From positions 13,630 through 77,629 of the forward strand of contig CAAENY010000146.1 in NCBI GenBank assembly GCA_900757465.1: 64,000 nucleotides of DNA, written 5' to 3'. A model generated the notes under the pieces. It ran no database searches and was not told where the DNA came from. It saw only the letters and a program-made list of their open reading frames with translations. Positions 9,422 through 19,626 of the stretch are shown in pieces. The position numbers and the translations under genes are program-made. Source of the DNA: an uncultured Collinsella sp. GTDB lineage: Bacteria > Actinomycetota > Coriobacteriia > Coriobacteriales > Coriobacteriaceae. Positions within the stretch are counted from its first letter, which is position 1. Each line of letters begins with the position of its first letter.

Positions 9422-11333
9422 GGCAACGACCGCCGAGCGCGCGCTCAACCGCAAGGGCGGCACCATGTCGCGCCTCATCAAGACGCTCTTTGGCTTCTAC
9501 CCCGTGCTTTTGCCCCTCGTCGTCGTCGGCGTGATACTCTGCGCCATCATCAACTCCATCGGCGCGACCTTCCTTCAGAGCGCCCTGCAGATTATTAGCG
9601 AATCGTGGCAGTCGGGCGACTGGACGACCGCGCAGCCCAAGATTCTGAAGCTCGTGACCACCCTCGCCTGCATCTACGGCGTCGGCATCCTGTCCTCGCT
9701 GTTCTGGAACCGCGCCATGGCCATCGTCACGCAGGGCTCGCTCGAGAAGCTGCGCGAGAAGATGTTCAACCGCATGCAGGACCTGCCGATTCGCTACTTC
9801 GACACGCACCAGCGCGGCGACATCATGAGCCACTACACCAACGACATCGACACGCTGCGCCAGATGATCAGCCAGTCGCTGCCCAACCTGCTCATGACGA
9901 CCATCGTCATCGTCACGGTGTTCTTCATCATGCTGTACTACAGCGTGTGGATGTGCCTGGTCATTGTGGCCGGCGTCGCCTTTATGACCTTTATGACCAA
10001 GCTGCTCGGCTCCAACTCCGCGCGTTTCTTCATTGCGCAGCAGACCGAACTCGGCGTGGTCGAGGGCCACATCGAGGAAGTCATGAACGGCCAGAAGGTC
10101 GTCAAGGCATTCTGCCACGAGTCTGCCGCCGAGGCCGATTTTGACGAGCGCAACGAAAAACTCTTCGAGGTCTCCCAGAAGGCCAACATGTACGCCAACA
10201 TCCTCATGCCCATCCTGATGAACCTGGGCAACCTGCTCTACGTGCTGGTGGCCCTTGCCGGCGGCATTTTCCTGGCGCTGGGCGTGCCTAACCTGAGCAT
10301 CTCGGGCATGGCGTTGTCCATCGCCGTCGTGGTGCCGTTCCTCAACATGACCAAGCAGTTCTGCGGACAGATCGGCCAGATCTCGCAGCAGATCAACGCC
10401 GTGGTCATGGGCCTCGCCGGCGCCGACCGTATCTTTGAGCTCATCGACGAGAAGCCCGAGGCCGATGAAGGCTACGTGACGCTTGTCAACGCGCAGGTGA
10501 ACCCCGAGACCTGGGAGCTCGAGGAAGCCGACCACCACACCGGCATGTGGGCGTGGAAGCATCCGCACCGCGCAACCGGCGAGATTGAGTACGTGCCGCT
10601 GCGTGGCGACCTGGTCATGGACAACGTCGACTTTGGCTACACGCCCGACCACGAGGTGCTGCACGGCGTGTCCGTATTTGCCAAGCCGGGCCAGAAGGTC
10701 GCGTTTGTCGGCGCCACCGGTGCCGGCAAGACGACCATCACCAACCTCATCAACCGCTTCTATGACATCGCCGACGGCAAGATTCGCTACGACGGCATCA
10801 ACGTCAACAAGATTCGCAAGTCCGACCTGCGCCGTTCGCTGGGCGTAGTGCTGCAGGATGTGAACCTGTTCACCGGCACCGTGATGGACAACATCCGCTA
10901 CGGTAACCTGAATGCCACCGACGAGGAGTGCATCAAGGCCGCCAAGCTCGCCGGCGCGGACGACTTTATCACCCGCCTGCCCGACGGCTATGACACCATG
11001 CTCACCGGCAACGGCGCCCAGCTGTCGCAGGGCCAGCGCCAGCTGATTTCGATCGCGCGCGCCGCCGTCGCCGATCCGCCGGCGATGATTCTGGACGAGG
11101 CCACATCGAGCATCGATACCCGCACCGAGGCCATCGTGCAGGCAGGCATGGACAAGCTCATGGAGGGTCGCACGACGTTTGTCATCGCGCACCGCCTCTC
11201 TACCGTGCGCAACTCCGATGCGATCATCTGCCTGGACCACGGCCGCATCATCGAGCGCGGCAACCACGACGAGCTGATCGCCAAGCGCGGGTATTACTAC
11301 CAGCTCTATACCGGAGCGTTTGAGCTGGAGTAG
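9414..11333 (+). CDS. ABC exporter ATP-binding/permease subunit
   Basis: GATGAGKT, LSQGQRQ, LDEATS, IAHRL; ATG 9414 overlaps upstream stop. Confidence 0.95.
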   Translation: MSKATTAERALNRKGGTMSRLIKTLFGFYPVLLPLVVVGVILCAIINSIGATFLQSALQIISESWQSGDWTTAQPKILKLVTTLACIYGVGILSSLFWNRAMAIVTQGSLEKLREKMFNRMQDLPIRYFDTHQRGDIMSHYTNDIDTLRQMISQSLPNLLMTTIVIVTVFFIMLYYSVWMCLVIVAGVAFMTFMTKLLGSNSARFFIAQQTELGVVEGHIEEVMNGQKVVKAFCHESAAEADFDERNEKLFEVSQKANMYANILMPILMNLGNLLYVLVALAGGIFLALGVPNLSISGMALSIAVVVPFLNMTKQFCGQIGQISQQINAVVMGLAGADRIFELIDEKPEADEGYVTLVNAQVNPETWELEEADHHTGMWAWKHPHRATGEIEYVPLRGDLVMDNVDFGYTPDHEVLHGVSVFAKPGQKVAFVGATGAGKTTITNLINRFYDIADGKIRYDGINVNKIRKSDLRRSLGVVLQDVNLFTGTVMDNIRYGNLNATDEECIKAAKLAGADDFITRLPDGYDTMLTGNGAQLSQGQRQLISIARAAVADPPAMILDEATSSIDTRTEAIVQAGMDKLMEGRTTFVIAHRLSTVRNSDAIICLDHGRIIERGNHDELIAKRGYYYQLYTGAFELE

Positions 11334-11359
11334 CTCAAAACAGCCCCTACGCTCCCAAC

Positions 11360-11463
11360 GGACCTCCCCGAGGGAGACGGGGTGTTTACTCCGTGCTCAA
11401 ACATTCTCGCTTCGCTGCGAAACTGCGCGCGGAGCAAACACCCCGTCTCCCTCGGGGAGGTCC
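11360..11463. repeat. Long hairpin element with internal CTCGCTTCGCT motif
   Basis: ~34-bp arms GGACCTCCCCGAGGGAGACGGGGTGTTT... and its reverse complement. Confidence 0.8.
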
Positions 11464-11501
11464 TACGCACACAGTCTTTTCTCGCAGCCTGAAAAGAAGT
11501 G

Positions 11502-11536
11502 GTGAGGCCCTGGCCGTTTGGCCAGGGCCTCATTTT
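11502..11536 (+). terminator. Rho-independent terminator between convergent genes
   Basis: TGAGGCCCTGGCC stem followed by T run. Confidence 0.7.
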
Positions 11537-11568
11537 GTAAGGAGTCAAAAAGCCCCGTCCCAAATGAG

Positions 11569-12447
11569 CTATTTGAGAAGTTGGGCCATGGCGTTGACGA
11601 ATTTTTGGACTTGGAGGGTTGGCTCGAGCGGATAGTGCAAAAAGACCGGCACCTCTCGCCCGCACAGGAACGGCACGCCCACAAAGGCCGGGTGCACCCC
11701 TGACCATGCGCCACAGGTGAGTACCGCATCGCCCTTTTCCTCCGCCTCGTTAAAGAGCGCAAAGTCAAAGCTATCCACATCGATCACGTCCACGCCGCCG
11801 TCGGCCATAAGGTCGATGCGTAGGCTGTCCATCGCATCGTTGCCGTGACGGAGCACGCGCAGGCGCATGCCCTCTAGGTCGGCAACCGTAATGCGATTCT
11901 TGCGCGCCAGCGGGCTCGCGCGCGGCAGGTCGATATAAAACGGTACGTTAACGATGTGGAGCTTTTGGCAGGCGTCACCCCAGCGCGGGGTCGAAAAACT
12001 CGACTGCACTACATCGACCTCGCGGCCCAAGCTGCACATGACGGTCTCACGCTCGTCATAGAGGTCGCTTACCGGCACGATCTCAAATCGCAGCGACGGT
12101 TCCAGCTCGTGCACGCCCGACCACATCGACAGCGTTTGGCGCCCCGGGCACATCATCGACACGCCCAGGCGCACGGCACCGCCATCGCCCGCCGCGCGTC
12201 GGGCACGGCGCAGCGCGTCCTCAGACTGTCGCATGATCGAGCGCGCGTCGTCCACCAGCAGTGCGCCGGCCGGTGTCACCTTGACGCCCGAGTGCGAGCG
12301 CTCGAACAGCGTGATGCCGAACTCGGCCTCGAATCCCGACACCTGCTTGACGAGCGCCGGAGTCGACACGCGCAGCTTTGCCGCGGCGCGCGAGAAGCTC
12401 CCCAGCTCCGCGGCGGCCGATATGGCCTCGAGTCGTCGATCGTACAC
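11569..12447 (-). CDS. LysR family transcriptional regulator
   Basis: GSFSRAAAKLRVSTPALVKQV helix-turn-helix, LFERS; GTG 12447 with GGGAG RBS. Confidence 0.9.
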   Translation of the reverse strand: MYDRRLEAISAAAELGSFSRAAAKLRVSTPALVKQVSGFEAEFGITLFERSHSGVKVTPAGALLVDDARSIMRQSEDALRRARRAAGDGGAVRLGVSMMCPGRQTLSMWSGVHELEPSLRFEIVPVSDLYDERETVMCSLGREVDVVQSSFSTPRWGDACQKLHIVNVPFYIDLPRASPLARKNRITVADLEGMRLRVLRHGNDAMDSLRIDLMADGGVDVIDVDSFDFALFNEAEEKGDAVLTCGAWSGVHPAFVGVPFLCGREVPVFLHYPLEPTLQVQKFVNAMAQLLK

Positions 12448-12546
12448 GTCAATCTCCCGTTTTCGCGCCCGTGGCCACATGGTGCCATAGGGGGTTGTTT
12501 TCGCAGGTCACGCGCTCAATTGAGAATAAACTGCATCGCACAGTGT

Positions 12547-12559
12547 AAACCTACGGTTA
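12547..12559. promoter_or_regulatory. Candidate LysR recognition box
   Basis: AAACC-TAC-GGTTA, imperfect T-N11-A dyad in the divergent intergenic region. Confidence 0.4.
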
Positions 12560-12680
12560 ACGCCATTCTAACAAATATGCAATTCACCTGCGCAAATTCA
12601 AAGCATACGATAACCAGCGAAAACCACGTGGGTCGATTAATGGGAGCGGCCCACAGGGAGGCACAAGAAGGGAAGTTCCT

Positions 12681-13562
12681 ATGAGCAACTGGCTTAAGCT
12701 CGAGGGCGATGTCTGCGCTGTGACCGGCGCGCTCGGCGGCATGGGCGTCGAGATCTGCCGCGAGTTCGCCCGCAACGGCGCCAACGTTGTCCTGCTCGAC
12801 CTGGACGAGGAGAAGGTCAAGGCAGCAGCTGCCGACCTCGCCGCCGAGTTTGGCATCCACGCCGAGGGCTACAAGATGAACGCCACCGACGAGGCCGAGG
12901 TTCAGGCCGCCGTCGATGCCACCATCGCCGACTTCGGCCGCGTCGACGTCCTCGTCAACACCGCCGGCATCCTGCGCTTCGCAGCCATGGAAGACCTGCC
13001 GCTGAGTGACTGGAACGAGGTCATCAACGTCAACCTCACCGGCTACTTCATCACCTCGCAGCGCTTTGGCCGCGAAATGATCAAGGCTGGCCAGGGTCGC
13101 CTGGTGCACATCTCGACCGTTGCCAGCCACTCCCCCGAGACGTTCTCGGGCGTGTACAGCTCCACCAAGGCGGGCGTCAACATGATGTCCAAGATGCTGG
13201 CCGCCGAGTGGGGCCCCTACGGCGTGCGCTCCAACTGCGTCGAGCCCTGCTTTGTCAAGACCCCCATGTCGGCCAACTTCTACGCCGACCCCGAGGTCGA
13301 AAAGAGCCGCAGCCGCCTTATCGCCACGCGCCGCATCGGCGAGGTCAGCGATATCGCCAACGCCGTCATGTTCCTGGCGTCCAAGCGCTCGGACTTTACC
13401 ACCGGCGACGCCATCAAGGTCGATGGCGGCTTCTCCAATATGATGGGCGACCTCACCGCCAAGCCCGGCGGCCGTCGCGCCTATGCCGACAACTACCTTA
13501 AGAACAAGGGTGTCGAGCTTTGGTCCGATGAGTCCGGCGTCGCAAAGCCGACTGACCAGTAA
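12681..13562 (+). CDS. Short-chain dehydrogenase/reductase
   Basis: TGALGGMG, NTAG, YSSTK catalytic motif. Confidence 0.95.
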   Translation: MSNWLKLEGDVCAVTGALGGMGVEICREFARNGANVVLLDLDEEKVKAAAADLAAEFGIHAEGYKMNATDEAEVQAAVDATIADFGRVDVLVNTAGILRFAAMEDLPLSDWNEVINVNLTGYFITSQRFGREMIKAGQGRLVHISTVASHSPETFSGVYSSTKAGVNMMSKMLAAEWGPYGVRSNCVEPCFVKTPMSANFYADPEVEKSRSRLIATRRIGEVSDIANAVMFLASKRSDFTTGDAIKVDGGFSNMMGDLTAKPGGRRAYADNYLKNKGVELWSDESGVAKPTDQ

Positions 13563-13628
13563 ACCAACCTGACAGAGAGGCCCCGCGGACACGCCCGCTC
13601 CTCCCCCACACCGATTAGAAAGAGTCCA

Positions 13629-14885
13629 ATGGCTTCCACCAACTCCAACAAGGGTCGCGCCGTCGTGCTTTCCGCCGCGTGCGTCACCATGTTCTTTATC
13701 AGCTCCATCGCGCTGTATTCCGTCGTGAGCAAGAACCTGCTCGCCGTCTACCCCGAGTGGTCGAGCGCCCTTACCTGGGCTTTCCCGGTCTTTCAGACCA
13801 TCATGGCCGTGACGGGCATCTTCGCCGGCCGCATCTCCGACAAAATCGGCCCGCGCAACGTCGTGATCGCCGCCGCCGTGTGCTACGGCGTGGGCTGGTT
13901 CATGTCCGGCACCGTCACCGAGCCGTGGCAGTTCTACCTGTGGTTCTCGCTCGTCGCCGCCATCGGCAACGGCCTGGGCTACAACCCGGCGCTCACCACC
14001 GGCCAAAAGTGGTTCATCGACAAGAAGGGTCTCGCCTCCGGCATCACCCTCGCCGCTTCGACCGCCGGCCCCGCCGTGCTGTCCCCGGTGCTCGCCTCGC
14101 TGCTCATCCCGAGCCTGGGTATCTTTGGCGCCCTTAAGGCGCTCGGCGTCATCTTCTTTGTGACGATCGCCGCCTCCGCCCTGTTCCTGAAGGCCCCCGA
14201 GGCCGGCTGGCTGCCCGAGAGCTTCGAGGCCCCCAAGGGCGGCGCACATGCCGGCACCTTCGGCGACCTCACCCCGAGCGAGATGGTCAAGACCCCGCGC
14301 TTCTGGGTCCTCATCATCACCTTCGCCTTTGCCGCCACCGCGGGCACCCTGCTCGTGGGCAAGGTTGCCTCCATCGCCGCCGTCCAGCTCTTCGCCGACC
14401 CCACGAGCGCCGCAGCCGTCGCCCTCGGCGGTGTGGTGGTCTCCGTCAACACCTGCGCCAACCTGGTCGGCCGTCTGTCCTTTGGCCAGATCATCGACAA
14501 GCTCGGCGCCTATAAGTCGCTGCTCATCAGCCTTATCGTCACCATCGTCGCGCTCGTCATCATGTCGATGAGCTTTACGCAGAGCATGTTCTTTGTGGCG
14601 CTCGCCCTGCTCGGCTTTAGCTTTGGCGCCCTGCTCGTCATCTACCCGCCGCTCACCGGTGGCGCCTTTGGCACCAGCAACATCGGCGTCAACTACGGCA
14701 TCATGTTTTTGGGCTACGCCGCTTCCACCTGGATCAGCCAGCCCATCACCGCCGTGCTGTATCACGCCGAGGCCGGCAGCGCCGCCTACCAGCAGTCCTT
14801 CTACGGCGCCATTGTGATCGCCGCCATCGCCGTCGTACTCACCGTCTACATGATGGTCTCCGACAGCAAGAAGAAGTCCGCCTAG
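13629..14885 (+). CDS. MFS transporter, OFA (oxalate/formate antiporter-like) family
   Basis: GRISDKIGPR, KWFIDKKGLASG, GVNYGIMF. Confidence 0.9.
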   Translation: MASTNSNKGRAVVLSAACVTMFFISSIALYSVVSKNLLAVYPEWSSALTWAFPVFQTIMAVTGIFAGRISDKIGPRNVVIAAAVCYGVGWFMSGTVTEPWQFYLWFSLVAAIGNGLGYNPALTTGQKWFIDKKGLASGITLAASTAGPAVLSPVLASLLIPSLGIFGALKALGVIFFVTIAASALFLKAPEAGWLPESFEAPKGGAHAGTFGDLTPSEMVKTPRFWVLIITFAFAATAGTLLVGKVASIAAVQLFADPTSAAAVALGGVVVSVNTCANLVGRLSFGQIIDKLGAYKSLLISLIVTIVALVIMSMSFTQSMFFVALALLGFSFGALLVIYPPLTGGAFGTSNIGVNYGIMFLGYAASTWISQPITAVLYHAEAGSAAYQQSFYGAIVIAAIAVVLTVYMMVSDSKKKSA

Positions 14886-14893
14886 TTTTACCG

Positions 14894-14924
14894 ATGTGAC
14901 AAAGGGACTGTCCCTTTGTCACAT
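14894..14924. repeat. REP-like palindrome copy 3
   Basis: ATGTGACAAAGGGACTGTCCCTTTGTCACAT, perfect, between two co-oriented genes. Confidence 0.9.
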
Positions 14925-14943
14925 TCAGAATTAAGGAGTCGAA

Positions 14944-15984
14944 ATGTCTGAGCTCAATCCCGTCCGCATTGCCGTCATCGGCGCCGGCGCCATGGGCCGC
15001 AACCACATCCGCTTTGTCACCGAGGAGCCCGAGGCCGAGCTCGTCGCCATCGCCGACGCCTTTGAGGGCGCCCGCGCCACGGCCGAGGCCGCCGGCGTGC
15101 CGTTCTTCACCGATCCCGCCCAGATGATGGACGAGGTCAAGCCCGACGCCGTCATCATCGCCACCCCCAACGACCTGCACCTGGGCGTTGCCCGCGAGGC
15201 TGTGAAGCGCAATATCGTGCCACTGGTCGAAAAGCCGATCTCCAACGATCTTGAGGATGCCCAGGCCTTCGCCGCCGAGGCCGAAACCGCCGGCGTGCCC
15301 GTGCTCGTGGGTCAGCACCGTCGCCACAACCCCTTCGTCAACAAGGCCAAGGAGATTATCGAGTCCGGCGAGCTGGGCAAGCTCACCGTGTCGAGCTTCC
15401 ACTACATGATCTATAAGAACGACGAGTACTTCGATGTCGAGTGGCGCCGCAAGAAGGGCGCCGGCCCGATCCTGGTCAACCTGGTCCACGATGTCGACCT
15501 GCTCCGCTACCTGCTGGGCGAGCCCGTCGCCGTCCAGGGCATGCAGTCCAGCGCCGCCCGCGGTTTTGAGATCGAGGACTCCGCCGTGGTCAACGTCCGT
15601 TTTGCCGATGGCGCGCTTGCGAGCATGACCATCTCCGACGCCACCGCCAGCCCCTGGAACTGGGAGGCCACCGCTCGCGAGGATCCGCAGTACCGCCCCT
15701 TCGACGCCGACGCCTACTTTATCGGCGGCACTAAGGGCGCCCTGTCGCTGCCCCGCCTGCACCAGTTCTCTTACGACGGCGCCTCCAACTGGCACAAGCC
15801 GCTGCAGATGGAGATTCCGGCCGTCGACCCGGCGCTACCGCACAAGATGCAGCTCAAGCACTTTGTGAAGGTTGTCCGCCGCGAGGTCGAGCCCGTCGTG
15901 ACCCCCGCCGACAACGTCAAGACGCTCACGCTTCTCAACGCCATCAAGGAGGCCGCCGAGACCGGCCAGCTCGTCGAGCTGTAA
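14944..15984 (+). CDS. Gfo/Idh/MocA family oxidoreductase
   Basis: GAGAMG, EKP, NLVHDVD. Confidence 0.95.
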   Translation: MSELNPVRIAVIGAGAMGRNHIRFVTEEPEAELVAIADAFEGARATAEAAGVPFFTDPAQMMDEVKPDAVIIATPNDLHLGVAREAVKRNIVPLVEKPISNDLEDAQAFAAEAETAGVPVLVGQHRRHNPFVNKAKEIIESGELGKLTVSSFHYMIYKNDEYFDVEWRRKKGAGPILVNLVHDVDLLRYLLGEPVAVQGMQSSAARGFEIEDSAVVNVRFADGALASMTISDATASPWNWEATAREDPQYRPFDADAYFIGGTKGALSLPRLHQFSYDGASNWHKPLQMEIPAVDPALPHKMQLKHFVKVVRREVEPVVTPADNVKTLTLLNAIKEAAETGQLVEL

Positions 15985-16149
15985 TGCCTTAAGAGCGGGC
16001 CGCGGCAAACTCCCCGCCGAGCGCCTTGGCCCGCCACCAACAAGCCCCTCTTCTTTGCCCCGCGAGCAGCCTCCTGCCCGCGGGGCTTTTGCTACTTCGC
16101 CGACGATTTTTCTGAGACGGGGGCCTTTTGCACCTCGGCTTGGTTCGTT

Positions 16150-16311
16150 CGCCACGAAATGCGCCCATCTACTACGTTTAACCGATCGCCCTCAACCATG
16201 CCAAATTTCGCGAAATAAAAACCGCAGGTAGACGGCTTGCCGATTATCGGTAAAACCAGGCATGGTCGACCCATACGGTTCAAACGTAGTAGATAGGTCA
16301 TTTTCGTGGCG
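16150..16311. repeat. Inverted-repeat element with central AAAACCGCAGGTAGAC core (copy 2)
   Basis: Arms CGCCACGAAATG..ATCTACTACGTTT..CCATGCC and GGCATGG..AAACGTAGTAGAT..TTTCGTGGCG. Confidence 0.75.
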
Positions 16312-16392
16312 CGGCCCCAAAACAGTCTTTTGGGACGGGTGGTATCCTTGGTAGCCCTGTGCTGCAAACGCACCTTAAACGCAAGGAGTCCC

Positions 16393-18540
16393 ATGGATCT
16401 TATCGCCCAGCTCGCCCGCGAGCTCAACCTTAAGGCCGCCAACATCGAGGCAGCCGTCAAGCTCATCGACGAGGGCAACACCATCCCCTTTATCTCGCGC
16501 TACCGCAAGGAAGCCACGGGCGGCATGGATGACGTCGCCCTGCGTGCGCTCGACGAGCGCCTGTCCTACCTGCGCAATCTTGAGCAGCGCAAAGAGGACG
16601 TCATCCTGCTCATCGACGCCCAGGGCAAACTCACGCCCGAACTCGAGCAGCAGATTCGCGAGGCCACGCAGCTCCAGCGTGTCGAGGACCTCTACAAGCC
16701 CTACCGCAAAAAGCGCATGACCCGCGCGCAGAAGGCCCGCGAGGCAGGCCTGGAGCCGCTCGCCAACATGATCATCATGCAGGCTTCGGCCAAGGGCAGC
16801 GCGCTCGACGCCGCCGCGGCATACGTCAATGAGGAGGCCGGCTTCGACACGCCCGAGAAGGCGCTCGCCAGCGCCGCGGACATCGTGGCCGAGACGGTGG
16901 CCGAGGACCCCGAGAACGTCGCCGACCTGCGCGCCTTTACGCAAAACACCGCCGATATCGTCGTCGAGGCTACCGACCCCGCCGAGAAGACTCCCTACGA
17001 GCCGTACTACAGCTATGATGAGCCCTTGCGCCGTATTCCCAACCACCGCGTGCTGGCCATCGATCGCGGCGAGCGCGAGGGCAAGCTCCGCGTGCGCGTA
17101 AACGTCGACGGCGCTGCCGCCACGGCGCGTCTCGGCAGCCGTTGGCCCCGACGCCAGGGCGTGTTTGCCCCCGTCTTTGACGCAGCCATCGCCGACGGCT
17201 ACAAGCGCCTCATGGCCCCCTCGCTGGAGCGCGAGGCCCGCGCCAAACTCACCGTCCGCGCGCAGACCGAGGCCATCAACGTCTTTGCCAAGAATCTCGA
17301 GGGCCTGCTCTCGGCACGCCCCGTCCGCGGCGCCCGCGTGCTCGCGCTCGACCCGGGCTACCGCACCGGCTGCAAGGTCGCCGTCATGGACGAGACCGGC
17401 AAGCTACTCGACCACGGCGTGGTCTACCCCACCAAGCCGCGCCACGACGTCGCCGGCACCAAGCGCGAGCTCGCCCGCCTCGTCAAGAAAGACGGCGTCA
17501 ACACCATCGTCATCGGCAACGGCACCGCCAGCCGCGAGACCGAGGAAGTCGTCTCGGAGTTCATCTCCGAGCAGGCGCCCAGCCTTCGCTACACCATCGT
17601 CAACGAGGCCGGCGCGTCGGTGTACTCCGCCTCCGAGCTCGCCAGCCAGGAATATCCCGACCTGGACGTCACCGTGCGTGGCGCCATGAGCCTGGGCCGC
17701 CGCCTGCAAGACCCGCTGGCAGAGCTCGTCAAGATTCCGCCCCAGTCCATCGGCGTGGGCCAGTACCAGCACGACCTTGACCAGGCCGAGCTTTCGCGCA
17801 CCCTGGGCCACGTGGTGGAAGACGTCGTCAACCGTGTGGGCGTCGACGTCAACACCGCGAGCGCAAGCCTGCTGGGCTACGTGTCGGGCATTACGCCAAG
17901 CGTAGCCAAAAACATCGTGGCCTACCGCGAGGAAAACGGCGCCTTTACCGATCGCCGCCAGCTCAAGAAGGTCCCCAAGCTGGGACCCAAGGCGTACCTC
18001 AACGCCGCAGGTTTCCTGCGCATCAGCGGCGGCAAGAACCCGCTCGACGCGACAAGCGTCCACCCCGAAAGCTACGAGGTGGCCACGGCCGTCCTGGAGC
18101 GCGCCGGCGTTGCGGCAAGCGAGCTCAGCCGCGGCGGCGTGCCCGACATCGAGCGCCGCCTGGGCAGCATCTCGACGCTGGCAAGCGACCTGGACTGCGG
18201 TACCCTCACGCTCATCGACATTGTCAACGAGCTCAAGAAGCCCGGCCGCGACCCGCGCGACGACGCTCCCGAGGTTGTCTTTAGCCGCTCGGCGCTTTCC
18301 ATCGACGACCTGGAGCCCGGCATGGAGCTCAAGGGCACGGTGCGCAACGTCGTCGACTTTGGCGCCTTCGTCGACGTGGGCGTGCATCAGGACGGCCTCG
18401 TGCACATCTCCAAGCTGGCCAACCGCTTCGTCAAGCACCCCAGCGACGTGGTGCGCGTCGGCGACACGGTCAAGGTATGGGTCGAGAAGGTCGATCGCGA
18501 CCGCAAGAAGATCTCCCTCACCATGGTGCAGGGGAAATAA
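16393..18540 (+). CDS. tex: Tex family RNA-binding transcriptional accessory protein
   Basis: TIPFISRYRKEATG, DPGYRTGCK, GVGQYQHD, C-terminal S1 domain; AAGGAG RBS. Confidence 0.95.
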   Translation: MDLIAQLARELNLKAANIEAAVKLIDEGNTIPFISRYRKEATGGMDDVALRALDERLSYLRNLEQRKEDVILLIDAQGKLTPELEQQIREATQLQRVEDLYKPYRKKRMTRAQKAREAGLEPLANMIIMQASAKGSALDAAAAYVNEEAGFDTPEKALASAADIVAETVAEDPENVADLRAFTQNTADIVVEATDPAEKTPYEPYYSYDEPLRRIPNHRVLAIDRGEREGKLRVRVNVDGAAATARLGSRWPRRQGVFAPVFDAAIADGYKRLMAPSLEREARAKLTVRAQTEAINVFAKNLEGLLSARPVRGARVLALDPGYRTGCKVAVMDETGKLLDHGVVYPTKPRHDVAGTKRELARLVKKDGVNTIVIGNGTASRETEEVVSEFISEQAPSLRYTIVNEAGASVYSASELASQEYPDLDVTVRGAMSLGRRLQDPLAELVKIPPQSIGVGQYQHDLDQAELSRTLGHVVEDVVNRVGVDVNTASASLLGYVSGITPSVAKNIVAYREENGAFTDRRQLKKVPKLGPKAYLNAAGFLRISGGKNPLDATSVHPESYEVATAVLERAGVAASELSRGGVPDIERRLGSISTLASDLDCGTLTLIDIVNELKKPGRDPRDDAPEVVFSRSALSIDDLEPGMELKGTVRNVVDFGAFVDVGVHQDGLVHISKLANRFVKHPSDVVRVGDTVKVWVEKVDRDRKKISLTMVQGK

Positions 18541-18570
18541 ACCGCCAAAGCAAGGGTACCCCCTGTAGCA

Positions 18571-18743
18571 GCGTGCAAAATCGCGAGTATTCTGCATATT
18601 CCACCGTTCCGGATGCCCCTCAGAGACGAAAAAGCAAGAAACAGCCCCCGTTTTAGCGTCATCAGAGCCAAAACGGGGGCTGTTCCATGCTTCACCCAGC
18701 TGGTAAAAGCCTTTACCTTGCTGAATACTCTCAATTTTGCACG
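18571..18743. repeat. Nested inverted-repeat element
   Basis: Outer arms CGTGCAAAAT..GAGTATTC / GAATACTC..ATTTTGCACG; inner hairpin AACAGCCCCCGTTTT / AAAACGGGGGCTGTT. Confidence 0.65.
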
Positions 18744-18819
18744 GCGCAGGCGGGGGTACCTTTGTCCACGGCAGGATATGGAAGCCTATCACCAACCTAC
18801 CGGCAAGTTCGTGTCGGCA

Positions 18820-18891
18820 GCCCCGGCCTTTCCTTTGCCTAGCGCGACTCTCGCGAAGCGCGTGAGCGATAGGGAAAGGAAAGGCCGGGGC
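18820..18891. repeat. Hairpin element with internal GCGAAGCG motif
   Basis: 17-bp perfect arms GCCCCGGCCTTTCCTTT. Confidence 0.7.
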
Positions 18892-18921
18892 GAACAACCC
18901 GCGATGTAGCCAGCGTTCGCG

Positions 18922-19626
18922 TTACGGCAGGATATGGAAACCGAGCGAGGCGATATCCTTGGCAAAACCGCGCACGGTATCGAGCGAGACCTCATACGGG
19001 TCACGGCCGATGTTCTTGCGCTTGGCCAGGATGTTGTTGGGCACCGTGATGATCTGGCAACCGCAGGCCTCGGCCTGGTAAATGTTGATGAGCTCGCGCG
19101 TGGATGCCCACAGGACCTCGCAGTTGGGCTTGACGGCGGCCTTCTTGACCGACTCCGTCATAAACGGAATGGGATCGACGCCGGTATCGGCGATGCGGCC
19201 GGCAAAGAGCGAGATGATGGACGGCGTCTCGGCGTCAACGGCCTCGACCATCTCGTCGACCTGCGTAGGCGTAAAGATGGTGGTGACGTTAACATTGATG
19301 CCATCGGCCGAAAGCTTGCGAACCAGCTCGGCGGTGGACTCACCCTTGGTGGTCACGCACGGAATCTTGACGTAGACGTTGTCGGCCTAGGTAGCGATCT
19401 CGCGAGCCTCGACCTCCATGGTCTCGACGTCATCGGCAAAGACCTCAAACGAGACGGACACATCGGTGATGTGGGTCAGGACCTCCTTGGCAAACGCGCG
19501 GTAGTCCGTCACGCCACCCTTCTTCATAAGGGACGGGTTGGTCGTGAAACCCTGAACGTTGCCGTTCTCGTACATGTCGAGCATGCCCTCGAGGTTTGCA
19601 CCGTCAGCGAACACCTTGATTGCCAT
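18922..19626 (-). pseudogene. tal: Transaldolase (TalC-type) with in-frame TAG nonsense codon
   Basis: ORFs 19387-19650 and 18922-19356 are in the same frame; reads EIAT*ADNVYVKIP where the paralog has EIATWADNVYVKIP. Confidence 0.9.

Noticed and set aside
9312..11267. 651-aa minus-strand ORF
   Set aside because: Antisense shadow of the ABC transporter gene
12516..14765. 749-aa minus-strand ORF
   Set aside because: Antisense shadow of the SDR and MFS genes caused by high-GC codon bias
19387..19389. Pyrrolysine or programmed amber readthrough
   Set aside because: The paralog has Trp (TGG) here, one transition away; no pyl genes seen
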